Part shown: positions 9,411 through 24,059 of the stretch, one piece after another
Numbering within the stretch: the stretch's first letter is position 1
How the letters are laid out: each line of letters begins with the position of its first letter
Assembly: GCA_032718475.1 (NCBI GenBank)
Contig: JAUCBJ010005101.1
Span: 1-64,000 of the forward strand
Origin: Nemertoderma westbladi
Lineage: Eukaryota; Animalia; Xenacoelomorpha
DNA length: 64,000 nt
Direction of reading: 5' to 3'
Translations under genes and position numbers: made by a program
Notes under the pieces: model-generated
Databases searched by the model: none
Seen by the model: only the letters and a program-made list of their open reading frames with translations
Told to the model about the DNA's origin: nothing

Positions 9411-12400
9411 TTGATTGATTGATTGATATTTTTTCCAGATTAACAGATTAACAATATTAAACAATTTACATATTAAACACTAAAATAAGGAACTGGTAAA
9501 TAATATATAATAGTGTATAGTGTAAGTGTAGTTACTACTGTATTTAATTAATTAAGTAATAGATAGGGCCTACTGATCAAACTGAAAGTAAATAAAAATG
9601 TAACTGAAAATAGTGTAGCTGTGTAGTGAACGTCTATGATATCGGGCTTGTCTAATCAGCACGATTTATGATTACTTAATTAAAGGTTTAAAAATAGTCT
9701 TAATGAGCTGTACCAATTGCAAACGTTAAAATGGAGGGATAGCCTTATGCGGTGAACCGCGTTTCCATAAGGGTCCCAGTGAAATTCAAAATACAGCGGG
9801 CGATGAATATTATTTAAAATACAAACAGAACGGATTGGTGAACTATTAAAATACAGGTGGAAAAGATAGGTAGACTGACAAATTTAAAAATTACCAAAAT
9901 ACAATTACATTTCGGGCGGTGAATCTAAAAATACTAAAAATCCAAACATAGCTAATAATGGAGGTAGAATATGTGGATGAGGCTGATAAAAATAATTAAA
10001 AGTTTAATTGAATTTGGCACGTTAACTGAAATGCAAATAAAATGTAGTTGATTGGATTAAAATCAAGCGAAAAGTTTGTAGAAAGGTATTTAAAAAAAAA
10101 GTTATATTTATTGATTAGTGAATGGCGATTCGGTTTCATTAGTTATTTTTTCGAGGTAATACAGTACTTCTTAACTTCATGTTTAAAAACAATTATTGAA
10201 CTGGAATTGGCTATGGTGGTGGGGAGATTATTCCACAGCTTGGGGCCGAGGAAACTGAAACCATGTGGAGGCCGCGTAGTCGAGGTGGGGTTGGATGAGA
10301 GTGTTACACAGCATTCTGCGGAGGGATCTATCGAGAACTGACCCGTTTCGGTGTAGGAATTTCAATCAGGAGTTGCCTCGCTTTATAATGTTCATCGCCA
10401 TTTCCTCGCCGCTTAGATTCTGGTTCAGTTCGGTCCCCAGGTAGATAACGGATTTGCGATTTGGAATTTTCTTACCATAGCAGTATACCTCTAAGTCGGG
10501 AGCAGTTGCAAGTCTCTGGTGAGTACCAAACAGGATGCATTCAGTTTTATCAAAGATAATCGTTAGTTTGTTTTCCGTACACCATTGAAAGACTCTATCC
10601 ATTGTGTTTGTTAATGAATGGGATATCTTCACCCCGAACATTCGTCACTGTGTGCTAATCTGGCATCATCAGCAAACTGGAGCTTATGTGTCATCTTCGA
10701 TGGTCTGGGGGAAGTCATTTGTATCACTAATGTAGAGCAATACTCCAAGGATCGAACCTTGGGGAACTCCGTCGTCATTGATCTTCCGAGTGGACTGTAC
10801 ATCTCCTATGGCCACATATTGCTCTCGGTTAGATAAATACGATGTGAACCATTCGCAAGTACTTGTAGCAGCTCCCATCGCCCTCAGTTTATTTATAACT
10901 GTGCGGTGATCCACACAATCAAAAGCTTTGCGCAGGTCTATTAGTACCATCCCAGTTAGCTTTCCAGAGTCGATGGACACCCTGATGTAGTTATCTAATA
11001 ACATAAGTGCCGATTCTGTTGAAAAACCATGTCTATAACTGGACTGCAACTTGTTTAAAAGATTGTTAGAGACCAGATAGCCCATCAAATGCTCGAATAC
11101 GACTCATTCAAGGATTTTCGATAAAATCGGTAGTAAAGCAATAGGCCGAAAGTTTCCGCGAGGTATGTGAGATCCCTTTTCCTTGTAGATTGGGTTAAGG
11201 CGTGCTATTTTGTAGCCCTGTGGAAATATTGAAGTTTGTATCGATAGATTCACAATATGTGTAACAGGTTTTACTAAAAATTCAATTCCATCTTTAATTA
11301 CCCTAGCTGGAATCAGATTGGGTCCAGTCGCATTCTTGCTGTCTATTTTATGGAATATTTTGTCCACTATGCTTAATGTCACTGGTTTCAGTTCGAACGA
11401 GTCCTTCTCTACCCCTTGTCTGGAGTAGTATTCCTCGGTTACATCATTATTATATCGCCCACTAGATGGTGGTAGTTGGGAGACCAGATCCTTGGCTATA
11501 TTTGAATAATAGTTGTTGAATTCTTCACATATAGTTTGTGTGTCTCGGCAGATTTTTCCATCAATGAGTAGACCACTGATCGGGTTGCGCGTGCTTCCCT
11601 GTTTCTTTGTTGGCGGACCAAGGGCTTTTAACGCCTTCCATAGTTTTTTGCTGCCACCAGTAGCTGCCTGTAGGGATGATTTTATATGTGAAAACTTTTT
11701 AACTTTCATAACGATGGTAGCAATATTGCGAAGTCTTTTATATTCTTCTTTAGCCGTTTCGGTTCTATGTTTATGTAGCTTGATCGATGCCTTGTTGCGT
11801 AGGGTAATGGCATCGATAACTTTTTTGTCCACCCATGGTTGGGAATGGCTGCGGACCCGGAGTTCCTTAAATGGCGCTAATTTGTCAGTGATGGCAAGCA
11901 AGAATTTGGTCAGTTGTAAGGCTGCTTCGTCCACATCGGTTGCCTTTGGAATCTGGTTTAGCAAGCAAGGTTTAGGAATGTTTCAGTTCGTCAAGTAGGA
12001 GTTAACTCGTGTATTTGCTGAAAACCCGACATTTCAGAGTCTTTGGTAATCCTGGCATTCTTTTCCGCCTTTTCCGAGTCGCGAAGACCATGTAATGGTC
12101 ACTAACTCTCTCTTTGATTACTCCGTGGTTGCTAATCATGTATTCATTTGTAACAAATACATGGTCTATAATAGTGGCTGTTTTCGAAGTGACTTGGGTA
12201 GGTTCCATTATAACCTGTTTCAACCCATGATTGTTCGTGAAGTGTAGCAGCTTCTTCAGTTCGTTATTGATCCCAGGTATAGATAGAGGGTATTTTTTGA
12301 GTGACCTTGAATTTATATCCACAACTGGTGTCATGTCGATATTTGTGTCTCCCATTATGATAACTTCATTATAAGCTGAAATGTCAATACATCCTTCTAT

Positions 12401-12950
12401 GTTCTCAAACAGAGATAGGTCAGCATCAGGTCTATATACTACTCCAGTTAGCAGCGGTTTTGTATCTGGTAGTAATAGTTCTCCGAATAAAATTTCAGAC
12501 TGTGTTGCTTTTGGAGATTCCAGCTCATTAAAATGTAACCTTTTGTGGACATACAAGACGATTCCACCACCACTACGTCCAGTTCTGTATCGCCTAAACG
12601 CATTATAGTTTGATATATTAATGTTAACATTACTAATGGTGTCATCGAGCCAAGATTCCGTTATTGCTAGTAAATCGATTACGCTTGAATTCATTATTAT
12701 TCGCAACTTGTCAATTTTGTTCTTTAAGTGACAGATATTAACATGCACAAAATGTATTCCATTTGAATTGAAACTCGTGAGCCAGTCATAGGGATTATTG
12801 GTTGGAATATTTAAATTCTCCAGTGTGGTGGACAGGTATCACAAGTAGACCCTTTCAGCCAATCTAGTAGAATAACGCCTTAGACTGTGGTGTCCACATT
12901 TGTATATATGCTCATTGTGTTGACCTAAATTCGTTTGATTTTTTTTTCCC
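9409..12950 (-). mobile_element. CR1-group LINE, ORF2 broken by stops/frameshifts
   Basis: APE 12002-12748 (AITESW, GDTN, SDH); RT 11104-11964 and 10684-11088 (DLRKAFD, GVPQGSILG), FADD near 10670; thumb 10366-10641; KLWNNLP near 10230; (ATTG)n at 9411-9426 is a candidate 3' tail. Confidence 0.9.
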
Positions 12951-13554
12951 ACATATTCATTGAAGCAATATACTGCGTAAGTGGATAAGCAGCATTCTCA
13001 AACAAAACGCCCAAAAACCAGCTAACCTGGGCATCTTATATCCAGGAATTTTCCAGTCCGATCCACCAACGGAAACTCGAGCTACAAAAGCAGCACCTGG
13101 CATATTTACTGACCTACTACCATTAATGCAACTTCCCAGAAAAGTTGCCCTCAACAAAATTGCTACCAGATCAAGTTAAGCCAATAAAAAAACAAGGTGC
13201 AAACGCAAAATAATACCAATACCACCTGCAATATCTGACATTACAGTTAAGAAGACCACGACAATCACCCCACGTAACAGCTAATGACATTTTTTACATT
13301 GTGTGCATGAGCAAAGGTTCACAGATGCCTGCAAAAGGCGGCAGAAACCAACTGCAACCACCACTGACACCGACCAATTGAGTCTAGATCTAGAAGGCCT
13401 TCACTGTGATTTCATTTCCATAGTCTAAGGCCTACAATCTTGTATCTGCCTATTCGAAACTGAGTGTGACACACTCACACAACGTTGTCATTCAACTCAA
13501 GAAGAATTGGAAGCTGAGCACCATAAAAATGCGTGCTTTGAGTAGTGTATGCTT

Positions 13555-14180
13555 GAGTATGCTTGAGCATGAGGACGACTTCTGTTACCTGGGATAATGG
13601 ATCCGGAAGTCAGGTGAGGAACTTCGAATACGTAAGGGAAAGGCATGGGCAGCCTTGAATAGGCTTTCCAGGATTTGGAAGTCACCGAGAATTAATCGGA
13701 AACTTAAGGTCCGATTATTTAGAGCAGCAGTAGTTCCAGTACTCCTCTATGGGAGTCCATGCTGGGCTCTAACTGCTGAGGACACCAAATCTCTGGATGG
13801 CACATTCACAAGAATGCTTCGCCGGGTTCATTGTGTCAAGTACAATGCACACATATCCAACCAGACACTATATAACATTGGAGGTGTCTCATTGGTTCCC
13901 CCAAGCTTGACACTAGAACAAAATCGCCTCCGCTTTGCAGGACATTGCTTTCGCCGTGAGGACCAGCCAGTGCATAATCTTGTACTATGGCAGCCTCATG
14001 GAGAGAATAAGCATGGTGGACAGCCCATTACTTTCTTGAGACGCATCTTAAAGGACACTGACCTTGAAGATGCGGATGATCTAGCAAATGTCATGGGTGA
14101 TAGGGAGTTGTGGCGGTGCAATTTTGTCGACAAGCCGGCACAGCATTCTTAAAAATGCAGCTGCAATGCAGCATGCCGAT
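13555..14180 (+). mobile_element. 5'-truncated RTE-like LINE (RT thumb, C-terminus, 3' end)
   Basis: ORF 13655-14152 (PVLLYGS, RLRFAGHCFR); near-identical inverted copy at 17285-17875. Confidence 0.85.
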
Positions 14181-14299
14181 CCTAGTAGTACCATAAAAAT
14201 ATCATTTTTGAGTACCGCCTTCGAGATCTTGAAATTGTGCCATGCAGTCAAGCATCTGTAATCATACAAGCTCCAACAACCCTAGAACACACATGTAGT

Positions 14300-16100
14300 A
14301 GAGTTCTTGCTCCCTCCATATTCGCTGATACCAAATAATGGTATTGCAAATCACATAAGTTGTCCCATACCTACAACCCCAAAACTAGCTCATCAAGCAG
14401 ATAGATGCATCGGAGTGTTTGCAACTCAGGGAACATGTGTCTCCAAACAACTAAATACAACTTATACACCAACCATGACCAAATCATAGATATTTCTGCA
14501 AAGCCCAATCCTCTAGTGCAAACAGAAAGTAATGACAAATGCAAACTCAACCTAGTCAGATTTGGTACTATACAACTAGTACCAACTCCTGTGTTGCCCA
14601 AATCTAATTCAAATGTGGTACAAAAAGGAAGTGTTTATCAGTGATTGCTCAACCTACTATCTGGTTACATTACCCCTCAAGAACTGGACTGAATAGCGTT
14701 ACCTAATCCTAAGAAAACAGCTGAAGCAGATTTCAAACCCGAATTGATTCCACACATAACAACATCGACCAATGTCAGCCGTGTTCTACAAAGTGCCGCG
14801 TCATTCCATCGCACAACTCTCTTTGTAATTGGTATTAAACCCTCCAGTAATGAACAGCACCTGGCTGATTACTCCATTAATTAAGGAATAAAATTGTATT
14901 AAATATCTCTTCCATTGAATGCAGATGGTAACTCTAGGAATGCACGTATTGGGGTCAGCACGAGTGATTCTGAACAGGTAATGCAAAAGGTGTTCTGGCC
15001 ATCTGGAATCAGTTGCCGTGAATGGGTCCATCATTCCAAACAAACCTCAATACACAGAAATCAGATAAAATAGACTGGGGAAGTCCCAAATTATGTACAA
15101 CACCTCCACAGAAGTTCTCCCACCAACAGATGGTCGTGGAACTATTCATCCTTCCAGGCGTCCCTTCATATACAACAGAGGTTCGGTAATGTACCAACAA
15201 CAGTATGTTTGACAGCAAGCGCATAGCAGAAAGCACTGAATGCTCAATAACAAGTGGCAATAGCAAGTGCAGAACTGAATTTAATATTGCTTCAAACCAG
15301 GCAGTGACATTATTAACAGATTGTAAAATCATTCAGCACGAGTATTGGCTGGACTCCATATAGTATATCATGCTGATCTTGGCCTTCTTCAAGGCCCCAG
15401 GGCTAGTAGGAGCAATGCAACTGTTACGTTAGACGCAAAAGCCTACATCAGTGGCTTACCAGTATGAATCTCTTCACTATCGACACTCATAACCAATTCA
15501 GTGGCCCTTGCATCACATTTAGAGGTGGAACGGAGGAATCCTATATAGACCATATTATTGTACCATCCTTCCTACGTTGCTGACAACATAATAAGTGGTA
15601 AAGTACTTAAAGATGATCCTGTTAACAATCTATCAGATCATGTGCCCATCACTGCCAAGAAATCAGTAAAGGCCATACAAAATCAAACAATTCCCCAGCA
15701 TTCAACAAAATTCACACTGCTCGACAAATTGTCATGGAGAGCGGCAAGAGACGCTCAAAGAAATAGTTATATAAAGCAAGTCGACAATGGTCTCAGACAA
15801 ACCCATCACAAGCAGCTTCAGCATCCTTTTATATCTGTTTCTTTCCTTAATGACACTGCCAAAAGCATGCGTGATATAATCATAGGTGCAGCCCAGTGGT
15901 ACATTTCTCTAATGAAAGCAACTAAGGTGACTAAGAGCAGAATCCGCTCTAGGTTGCTGCAGCGCAAGAGCAAGACAACATAAGGCATTTACAAATTCTG
16001 GATAGAACGAGGGAAGGCACCAGATGAGGAATTTCGAAGTTTTTCGAAGAATTTTGAATTAAAGAATCGCTAAAGAATTTCTGTCAGCCAAAAAATAACT
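14300..16100 (+). mobile_element. Degraded LINE: ORF1 (RRM-type) and APE remnants
   Basis: Plus-strand frame reads RTTLFVIGIKPSSNEQHL...VFWPSGISCREW (~14810-15026), a typical LINE ORF1 C-terminal WPxGIxxR motif; IIQHEYWL at ~15330; NLSDHVPI in ORF 15558-15983. Confidence 0.7.
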
Positions 16101-17159
16101 TCACTGTTTAAAGAAATCTGCTTTAAGACTAAATAATGAAACTATCTTAAGTGTCAGACACAATAAATTAATATTGAGGAAAAATGCTTTCTGAAATAAG
16201 GAAAAGGTGATCAATTATTGCCAATGAAATGACCGGGGACGTCTGCATGGGTATTACATTATGCATACCATGAGTGTATATTAGCTAGTCGGCGAGTTTG
16301 CAAGGAATATGTGCGTCACATGAGCTGCGATTTGAGGCTACTTTTAGTCACCTTACTGGTTAACACCACTAACACTACTTCAAAAGTTGCAGTGTATACA
16401 TGCGTGTATACAAGCAAAAGTTATTTTTTGAAAATACGTCACGCAAAACTTCCCCTTAGCAAGCCCATAGTAACTTACTCTTTTGAAGAAGTGTGTACTA
16501 CCAGCTCTTCTTGGAAATCATTCAAAGGCAAAGCACCAGAAGAACCCAAACATGTAACAGAGAGTAAAAACGACATAACATTATCAAACAGTTATGGTGA
16601 TTTAGATTCTTAAACACAGCTCACAGCTTTTCCTAACAACAAAATGAACTACTGGGACATATTAGAACCATATCGAGGGGCAAAAGCTCCTCAGAAATAA
16701 CTATAGATGAAATAGGATAAAAATCTACTCGCAGTGATAAATCTCAAATTAGAAACTGGAAATAACACTGAATCGAGTATTCCTATAGAAGTATATACTA
16801 CTATCTGGTCATTTAATATTAATTTATTTAATATAATTAATTTAATTTAATATGACACATGATTGTTTGAAAATATCGAACCCCCTATACAACACCTTAC
16901 AACTAACATATTCAATACCAAACTTATTGTAACTGCATTCGTTGTGCTTATCGTTACTGCAAATTGTATGTTTAGACTGTGTTTGTAAATACAATTTCCC
17001 ACCATGCATAGCTGTGCCTTATAGCAGTGCAATACATTTTGGAATACAATAATTGTAGCAAGGGTATAAAATGAAAATCAAATGGTTCAACAAATCATAA
17101 AGCATATAAACTCACTTAAAGTCGCTTACAAATAAAATAAAATAAACTCACTTACAAGA

Positions 17160-18130
17160 CATTAAATATCTTAAGTTTCAAATTCAAAGCATACAAAATG
17201 AAACATTAAATATACTTACTCACATGTTCTCTCCAAAAATACAGATATTCTTGTGTTACAAGATCATTGGCTAGGTTCAAGAGATGCTGCATTGCGACAT
17301 GCTGCATTGCAGCTGCATTTTTAAGAATGCTGTGCTGGATTGTCGACAAAATTGCGCCGCCACAACTCCCTATCACCCATGACATTGGCTAGATCATCCG
17401 CATCTTCAAGGCCAGTGTCCTTTAAGATGCGCCTCAAGAATGTCATGGGCTGTCAACCATGCTTATTCACTCCATGAGGCCGCCAAAGCACAAGATTATG
17501 CACTGGCAGGTCCTCATGGCGAAAGCAATGTCCTGCAAAGCGAAGGCGGCTTTGTTCTAGTGTCAAGCTTGGGGGAACCAATGAGACACCTCCAATGTTA
17601 TATATTGTCTGTTTGGAGATGTGTGCATTGTACAGCACTTAAGACACAATAAACCCGGCGAAGCATTTTTGTGAATGTGCCATCCAGAGATTTGGTGTCA
17701 TCGGCAGTTGAAGCCCAGCATGGAGGAGTACTGCAACTACTGCTGCTCTAAATAATCGGACCTTAAGTTTGCGATTAATTCTCTGTGACTTGTAAATCCT
17801 GGAAAGCCTATTCAAGGCTGCCCATGCCTTTTCCTTACATATTCGAAGGTCCTCACCTGACTTCTGGATCAACCACATACAGCTTCAAAAAGGCTACACG
17901 TGTTTATACTCAGTAGCAGATGGCATGTTAGATACAAAATCAAGAGTACGGGGGGAAGGGGGAGTAGCTATATTTATCAAAGAAGAAATATATCAACTTT
18001 GCACAAAAATTCATACAGTCAGTCATCACATAGTTGGACTGTCTATAAATTGCCTGTTTACCAAAGATATTGATTTTTATATTCGTGCAATTTGACGAGA
18101 TCCCGAGGATATGTTTATTAATCAATCGAC
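17160..18130 (+). mobile_element. LINE APE relic split by an RTE-like insertion
   Basis: TDILVLQDHWLG at ~17241-17276 and KGYTC...GEGGVAIFIK at ~17890-17982 are consecutive APE motifs. Confidence 0.6.
17285..17875 (-). mobile_element. 5'-truncated RTE-like LINE copy
   Basis: Reverse complement of ~13600-14175; ORFs 17453-17638 and 17639-17878. Confidence 0.85.
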
Positions 18131-19266
18131 ATTCAAGTTAATGAAATTGTCACATAGTCAATGTACCGGTAACACATATATTAATTTATATCAAAAGCAC
18201 CAAAATGTTATTATTTGTAAGTATTTGCCGAGCGCCAGCTAATTCACCAATATAACGTTGGCCGTTACCAAAATTACCGTTAACAAGGCCAAAATTCACA
18301 ATCGTATACCGTAGTTGATCTTGATAGTACGAAAATATATGTTTCAGATGAAAAACAAATACGTACGTACATACGATAATATATACAATTTAAAGCGATA
18401 GACATTGGGAGAGGGATCAATGCATTTCAAGATGGTTACACTCTTTAATTTTCTAGAGTACAACAGAAGCTATGCTTGTTACACCAACTATAGTCAGTGT
18501 GAATACCTCTGCCCTCAGGGCCATTGCTTTGTGGACAAAAATTGCCAAATTCATAATTACGGACGAATCCGAGGACAAGTGAAATAAGCGAAATTTTTCA
18601 AAACTGGGAGGGGTTGCGCTATGATGCGAATCTAAATATTGGGTTCTCAGAGCGTTATATTTAGGGCACACAAACAAAAAATTATACACATCTTCTATTC
18701 GGTCGATGTTGCATACTTGACACACCCGATCGGAGCGAGCAACTCTTCGCCATCACCCAGTTTCTATAGCCAACTGATGCGAAGAACATCTGAACTTCGA
18801 AAGCGAATATCTCAGTTGTGGATGTTCAGTTAGCACACTAAGGTATAATTCAGGTCGGAAGCAGTACTTTACATAAAGAGTACCCTTGGGCGAATTATTT
18901 ATTAAGGACCACCAATTCTGAATAAATTGTTCTTTAAGTTCCCGTTTAGCTTTAGCTAAAAACTTTAGTTTCTCTGGTACGAGCTGGTTTATGCCAAGCC
19001 CAAGATAAGCCAATTCCGTTCAATAAATGCCGTACTCGCGAAGCCCAATTTGAAAGCGACCGTTTGCGTAAACAATCATTTACAGCCAAGGTGTAGGCTA
19101 GTTTTGCGATTCTAGAATCTGACATTGTAATAAGTTTTAGCCAATATTTTAGAATACTCACTTTTCTTTCAACTACGAGTGGGAAAATACCACACTCGCC
19201 GTACACCATATAGTTTGGTGTTCACGATTTCAATTTAAGCACTCTTTTTAAGAAAGAAAGCTGAAT

Positions 19267-20775
19267 TCACTCGATACCCACTGCGGGGCAAAACCTCCAG
19301 ACCCTCCAGGGCCAGACCTCACAACCATAATTTAAAATAGGTTTAATGAGACATTGAAACAGTTTGCATAAAAGTTGCATAGGCGCCGTAGGAAAACAAT
19401 ACATATACCTCGCCAACGAAAATAACGCCTTATTAGCTTTGTCACACAGCAATTTCTGAGCTGCTAAAGAGCTACCCCCTGAGGAGAAAACAACTCCCAG
19501 GTACAAATACTCTGACACCACCTGAACTGGAGTGCCATTGTAAGTCCATGTATCCAGTGGGGAAATTGACCCCGCCTTTTTAAAGACAACCACTTTAGTC
19601 TTATCAAGGTTTACGCTGAGTCCCCAGAACTTACAGTAGTCCAACAAAACATGTAAAGATCTCTGCAGGCCAAGGGATGAGTGGGAAACAAGGACAATAT
19701 CGTCCGCATAGAGTAACATAAACAGTTGTAAGTTACCGATGTCCAAGCTGTCAACCCCGCATGTAGACATGTGGCTCTCAAAGTCATTGAGAAACAGTGA
19801 GAAAAGAAGAGGCGATAGAGATTCGCCCTGTAAGACTCCAACTAGACAGTCAAAAGATTGTGAAAATTGACCATCCCAACAAACACGTGATTTTATTGCC
19901 TTATACATTTCCTTAATAATATTAAAAATTCTCCCGCAAAAACCCATGTTAGTTAATTTTAACCAGAGTGCCTGTCTGTCCACACTATCGAATGCTTTTC
20001 GAAAATCGACAAAGCATGCGTATAGTTTCATTTTTGAGTTTATTAAGTGACTCACAATAGAATAAAAAGTAAATATATGATCTACAGTACTAAACCCTTT
20101 CCTAAAACCCGCCTGTCCGTCACTTAGGAGTCCTGACACGTCGACCCACCAAGTTAAACGAGAGTTAATTAAACCTGTAAAGAGTTTACCAAGTACACTT
20201 AATAGACTGATTCCCCTGTAGTTTCCACCCTCTGACTTGCTACCTTTGTTTTTGTAAAACGGGCTGATAATAGCATCGGTCCATGCCTCGGGGAAATGGC
20301 CAGAGAAAAGCACAGCATTGAAAAGTATTGTCATCACAGGTGTCAGCTGCGAGCAGCCGACTACAAAGAATTCATTTATTAGGAGATCAGCACCGGATGC
20401 TTTACCTCTCTTGAGATTTCTTATTCCACCCTGAACTTCCTCTTCAGTAAAAGCATCTCCAAGTAAATTTTCGAAAATATCTTTATGCACATTGAAATTA
20501 TTTGGTCTTTGAGGCGTAATTCCAATGTCAATAAAATTATCATCACTATTATTCTTACACAGGTTGGAGAAATGATTTTCAAGGATATTTAATGAAATAT
20601 GTTTTGTACAATCACTGCCATGGTTGGGCTGACTAGCTTTAAACAGAAGTTTCCAGAACTTTTTAGTTTCCGTTACAGAGTATTCTGCAAGTTTTTTTGA
20701 TTGGGAAACCTTGAATGCAAATTTTGTCTGCCGTATACAACTAAGAAAAGCTCCACGTGCTTTTGATAATAGCAA
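19267..20775 (-). pseudogene. Reverse transcriptase segment of RTEX-like ORF2
   Basis: YRGISLL, GFRKG, KAFDSV, YADD, YLYLG; frameshifted from flanking segments. Confidence 0.9.
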
Positions 20776-22878
20776 ATGGGCCTCTGGAGACCGATTCCTA
20801 TTCCAGTTATTTAGCGCTGTACGAAATGCCGCCTTTTTAGTAGAACACTTGCTGTTGTACCAGATGGGTGGTTTCCTAGGTCACCCTTTTCCTTTGTGTC
20901 GGTTTTTGTACTTGCAAAGTACTGGTGCCCAGCTGAATGTAAACACTCATTGAAACTGCCAACAGCTTTGTCAATTTTTTCTTGGGAAAATATACCGTCA
21001 CATAAGTCATCGCTAATGTTGTTCAAAGTAGCCTTAATATCGGGGTTGTCTAAGAAATTTTTATAACTGTCAGCTTTATTATCTCGCCAGTGGAAGTGTT
21101 TAGATTCTACAAATTTATCATTGCAAACAGAGTCAGTTGGTGGGATAGGTGAGCCGCAGTGCAGTTGTTCACCTATCCCAGTTATTACTGTCGTGACCAC
21201 ACGATGTTTTGAAAACAAGTTTTCATCGCCAACATTTAGTTCTGAGATTAGCTTAAATAAAAGTGGGCTTGCGATAAAGTAATCGATAGTAGATTTCCCC
21301 ATTACTTTATTTTTACCGGTGCAGTGAAAAGTACACTCGCCACCGACTAAACCATCAGTTCCAACTCTCCCATTGGCTATTCGGAGTCCAGAATTTCTAC
21401 AAAGAGTTAATAGTCTCCAGCCATAGTTATTAATTTTTGGATCGGTATTTTTCCAATCTGTCTCAATTGGAAAGTCAGTAGTATTAAACTGATGGCTATT
21501 CGGAATTATGTCATCATTAGGAAGCAGTCTGTCAAGAGTATCACAAGGTCTGTCATTGGGGATAAATTCAGGCTCGGTACTAGTTCGTGCATTGAAATCG
21601 CCAAAAATCATAAGTTCACCCAGATAACTGAACTGTATTATTCCTTCCTCCAGTTTATCAAATACAGAAATTGGTTCCAATAAGGCTGCTGTTGAACCGT
21701 TCGGCGGTAAATACACCAGACGTAGAACAATATCTGTAATGATACCGAGTTTTTTTGCTTCAAAAAGTACCCATAGGATGTCGTCATCACTTTCACACAA
21801 AACATGTACCGCCCCGTCGTATTTTGATTTATAATATAGCGTAATTCCGCCACTGCATCTTTTAGCATTTTAATTTTTTCGCTTCCTGTTGACGGATACA
21901 TTTGAGTAGCCATTTATATTTAAATCAAGCTCAGCAACTGGACTAGGCCACGTTTCAGTGCACAAAAAAAGTCATAACCAGAAATTAATTTGGTAAAATC
22001 AGGTTCTACAATACTATTTACTATACCCTTAACATTAAAATTACCAAACTTCAGTCTTGTTTCTAACTTGGAATTGGTGTTTAACCTTTGCCCAGTGGAA
22101 TGATGGACTGAGGGCCCATAGAGTTATCTGGTTGGCGTCTATTACTACAGACACCATTTAAATTAGGCTGCATTGCGTTTGTGGTGCCGGACCGCGATCT
22201 TGTCCCATAAGGGTTTTCACCGGCACCCTTTCTGTTCACTGCACCTAGGCTGTTGCAACGTGTACGACCAGACCCACGGCCTCTCGGAGCCGTGTACCGT
22301 TGGCCGCTGGCTGCCCTAGTTAACGAACGACAGATAGTATTTATAGATCTTTGTTTTCTGCGGTTAGCAGACACTAAGGATGAGACAATTGGCGGAACTA
22401 CAGGTAGAGGAGGTCCATACTTGAAACAGTTACGTTGACCTCCTGGGGAGGTATAATTTGTTTAGACGCTGGAGCTGGTGGACTCAAATAAGCCTCCATG
22501 GGGCCACTTTCCAATAATGTGGTACTAGCACCCATAGTTGGAATTACAACGCTATGGTTAGTCTCGCAGTGAATTTCAAAACTAGAAACTCCCTCTCCGG
22601 CATGGCTACCACTAACAGAGTCTGGTATGGGTGCACCAATACATAAATTAGAAACATGTGGTTCATCTACTGTGCCTACACCTAGAAAGTTATTGGGTAG
22701 ATGTACATTTACAGTACTGAGATCTGCATCTATAGCGTTGGTGCCGTCGGTATTATCGGACAGGGGCTCATAGTGTACAGCACTACTAGTAGTTGGCGGG
22801 AAATTAACTACACCTTAATTTGCTGGCGCATCGGCTGAAAAACTAGGGCCAAACTGGAATACTGGCGATGTACTGGAA

Positions 22879-23592
22879 TTAGAGATGACTGCACAATTTA
22901 TACTTGGTGCCCTCACTGTATATGGTGCAACAACCGTACCTGGAATAACCTAGTGTACGAACAGCGATAGAGCTGTAAGTACCAGTATTATGAGATACTC
23001 TAGGTACGCCACTGCTGGTAGTATCACCTACTGCGATTAGATCTCCAAGATTGATGTCGCGGTTGTTAGATCCAATGTCCCATCCAGAAAATTGCTTGCC
23101 GTTGATAAACATAATGTTTCTTGCAACGCTGCTACGATAGCCATTGTTATGAGCCTCACGCGCTAGTCGGTGGAGAACTTGGCGTTGCAGGAGTATTTCC
23201 TCCGGGAAATCTTCCGAAACTCGGTACTCCGTGTTCAATAGAATTTTGGCAGCTTTCCATACATGTGTTCTATCTAAAAATGTAAGAAACTCCACCTTTA
23301 TTGGTGGAGGCTTCGCGTTGGCATTTCGATTTGTCCGACCGAGACAGAAGACGTTGTCGATGGGGATAAATTTGTTGACTTTTAAGACGTTTTTCATAAA
23401 ACCGTTAAGTATTTCTACGAGGGCTTCCGGTTTGTCTGACTCCGACATTATCCCTCCGAAGATTAAACTCTTCCTGGATTGCCTCATTTCAAACTCTACC
23501 TGGCGCCTCAAGTTTGAGATGCTTCTAAGTTTGTTTTCTTCAATTCTTGTGCCCATTGCTGCAAGCAAACCCTTAATATCATTGACAGACAC
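22879..23592 (-). CDS. LINE ORF1 (L1-type coiled coil/RRM/CTD)
   Basis: RKSLIFGGI...FCLGR...PPPIKVEF...RVSEDFP pattern. Confidence 0.8.
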   Translation of the reverse strand: MSVNDIKGLLAAMGTRIEENKLRSISNLRRQVEFEMRQSRKSLIFGGIMSESDKPEALVEILNGFMKNVLKVNKFIPIDNVFCLGRTNRNANAKPPPIKVEFLTFLDRTHVWKAAKILLNTEYRVSEDFPEEILLQRQVLHRLAREAHNNGYRSSVARNIMFINGKQFSGWDIGSNNRDINLGDLIAVGDTTSSGVPRVSHNTGTYSSIAVRTLGYSRYGCCTIYSEGTKYKLCSHL

Positions 23593-24059
23593 ATGGATTG
23601 ACGGAATTAAGCTGAGAATGTTCTCGAGGTTTGTCGACTCGTTTAGCCTCGAGAACCCGAAGACGAGAAACTGTTTTGCTCGCTGCTGGATATCCAGGGG
23701 CGTTTATTGTTACTACTAATACGCAACCCGTTAGTATCATTGCTACCGCCACCACTGTAAAATTGGTGGTGCTGATAGTTGCCAGTCGGAGTCGCTTGGT
23801 TGGGGTTGCCAAGCCCATAAACCGGCACTGTTTGACTTGTCGAGGATGAGAAATACTGCATTTCCATTTCGAGGACTCACTGCTTTCATCGACGCAGCTT
23901 TGTGGACCAAGGATATTAAATGGTACAGTTTATTATCGCTGTGCTGCAATATGGCAGTAGGAGTAGGCCTACTGCAGTCTGCAGTACTGCAGAATAGCCG
24001 TACTTGCAGATATGCATTGGTACCGGTACCGGTATTAAGAATCCTGCAATACAGTTCCT

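Larger units (their letters stand above)
18350..23900 (-). mobile_element. Near full-length RTEX-like LINE with frameshifted ORF2
   Basis: ORF1 22879-23592; APE ~22060-20811 (GDFNAR, TIDY); RT 19267-20775 (DFRKAFD, LQGESLSPLLF, YADD); YGECG; HQLAIETG plus CQVC...EDVYNFLFVCPKY C-terminal Zn motif. Ends approximate; clade by motif recall. Confidence 0.85.

Noticed and set aside
14801-15043. Minus-strand APE-like LFITGGFN
   Set aside because: The plus strand at the same place gives a much better LINE ORF1 match.
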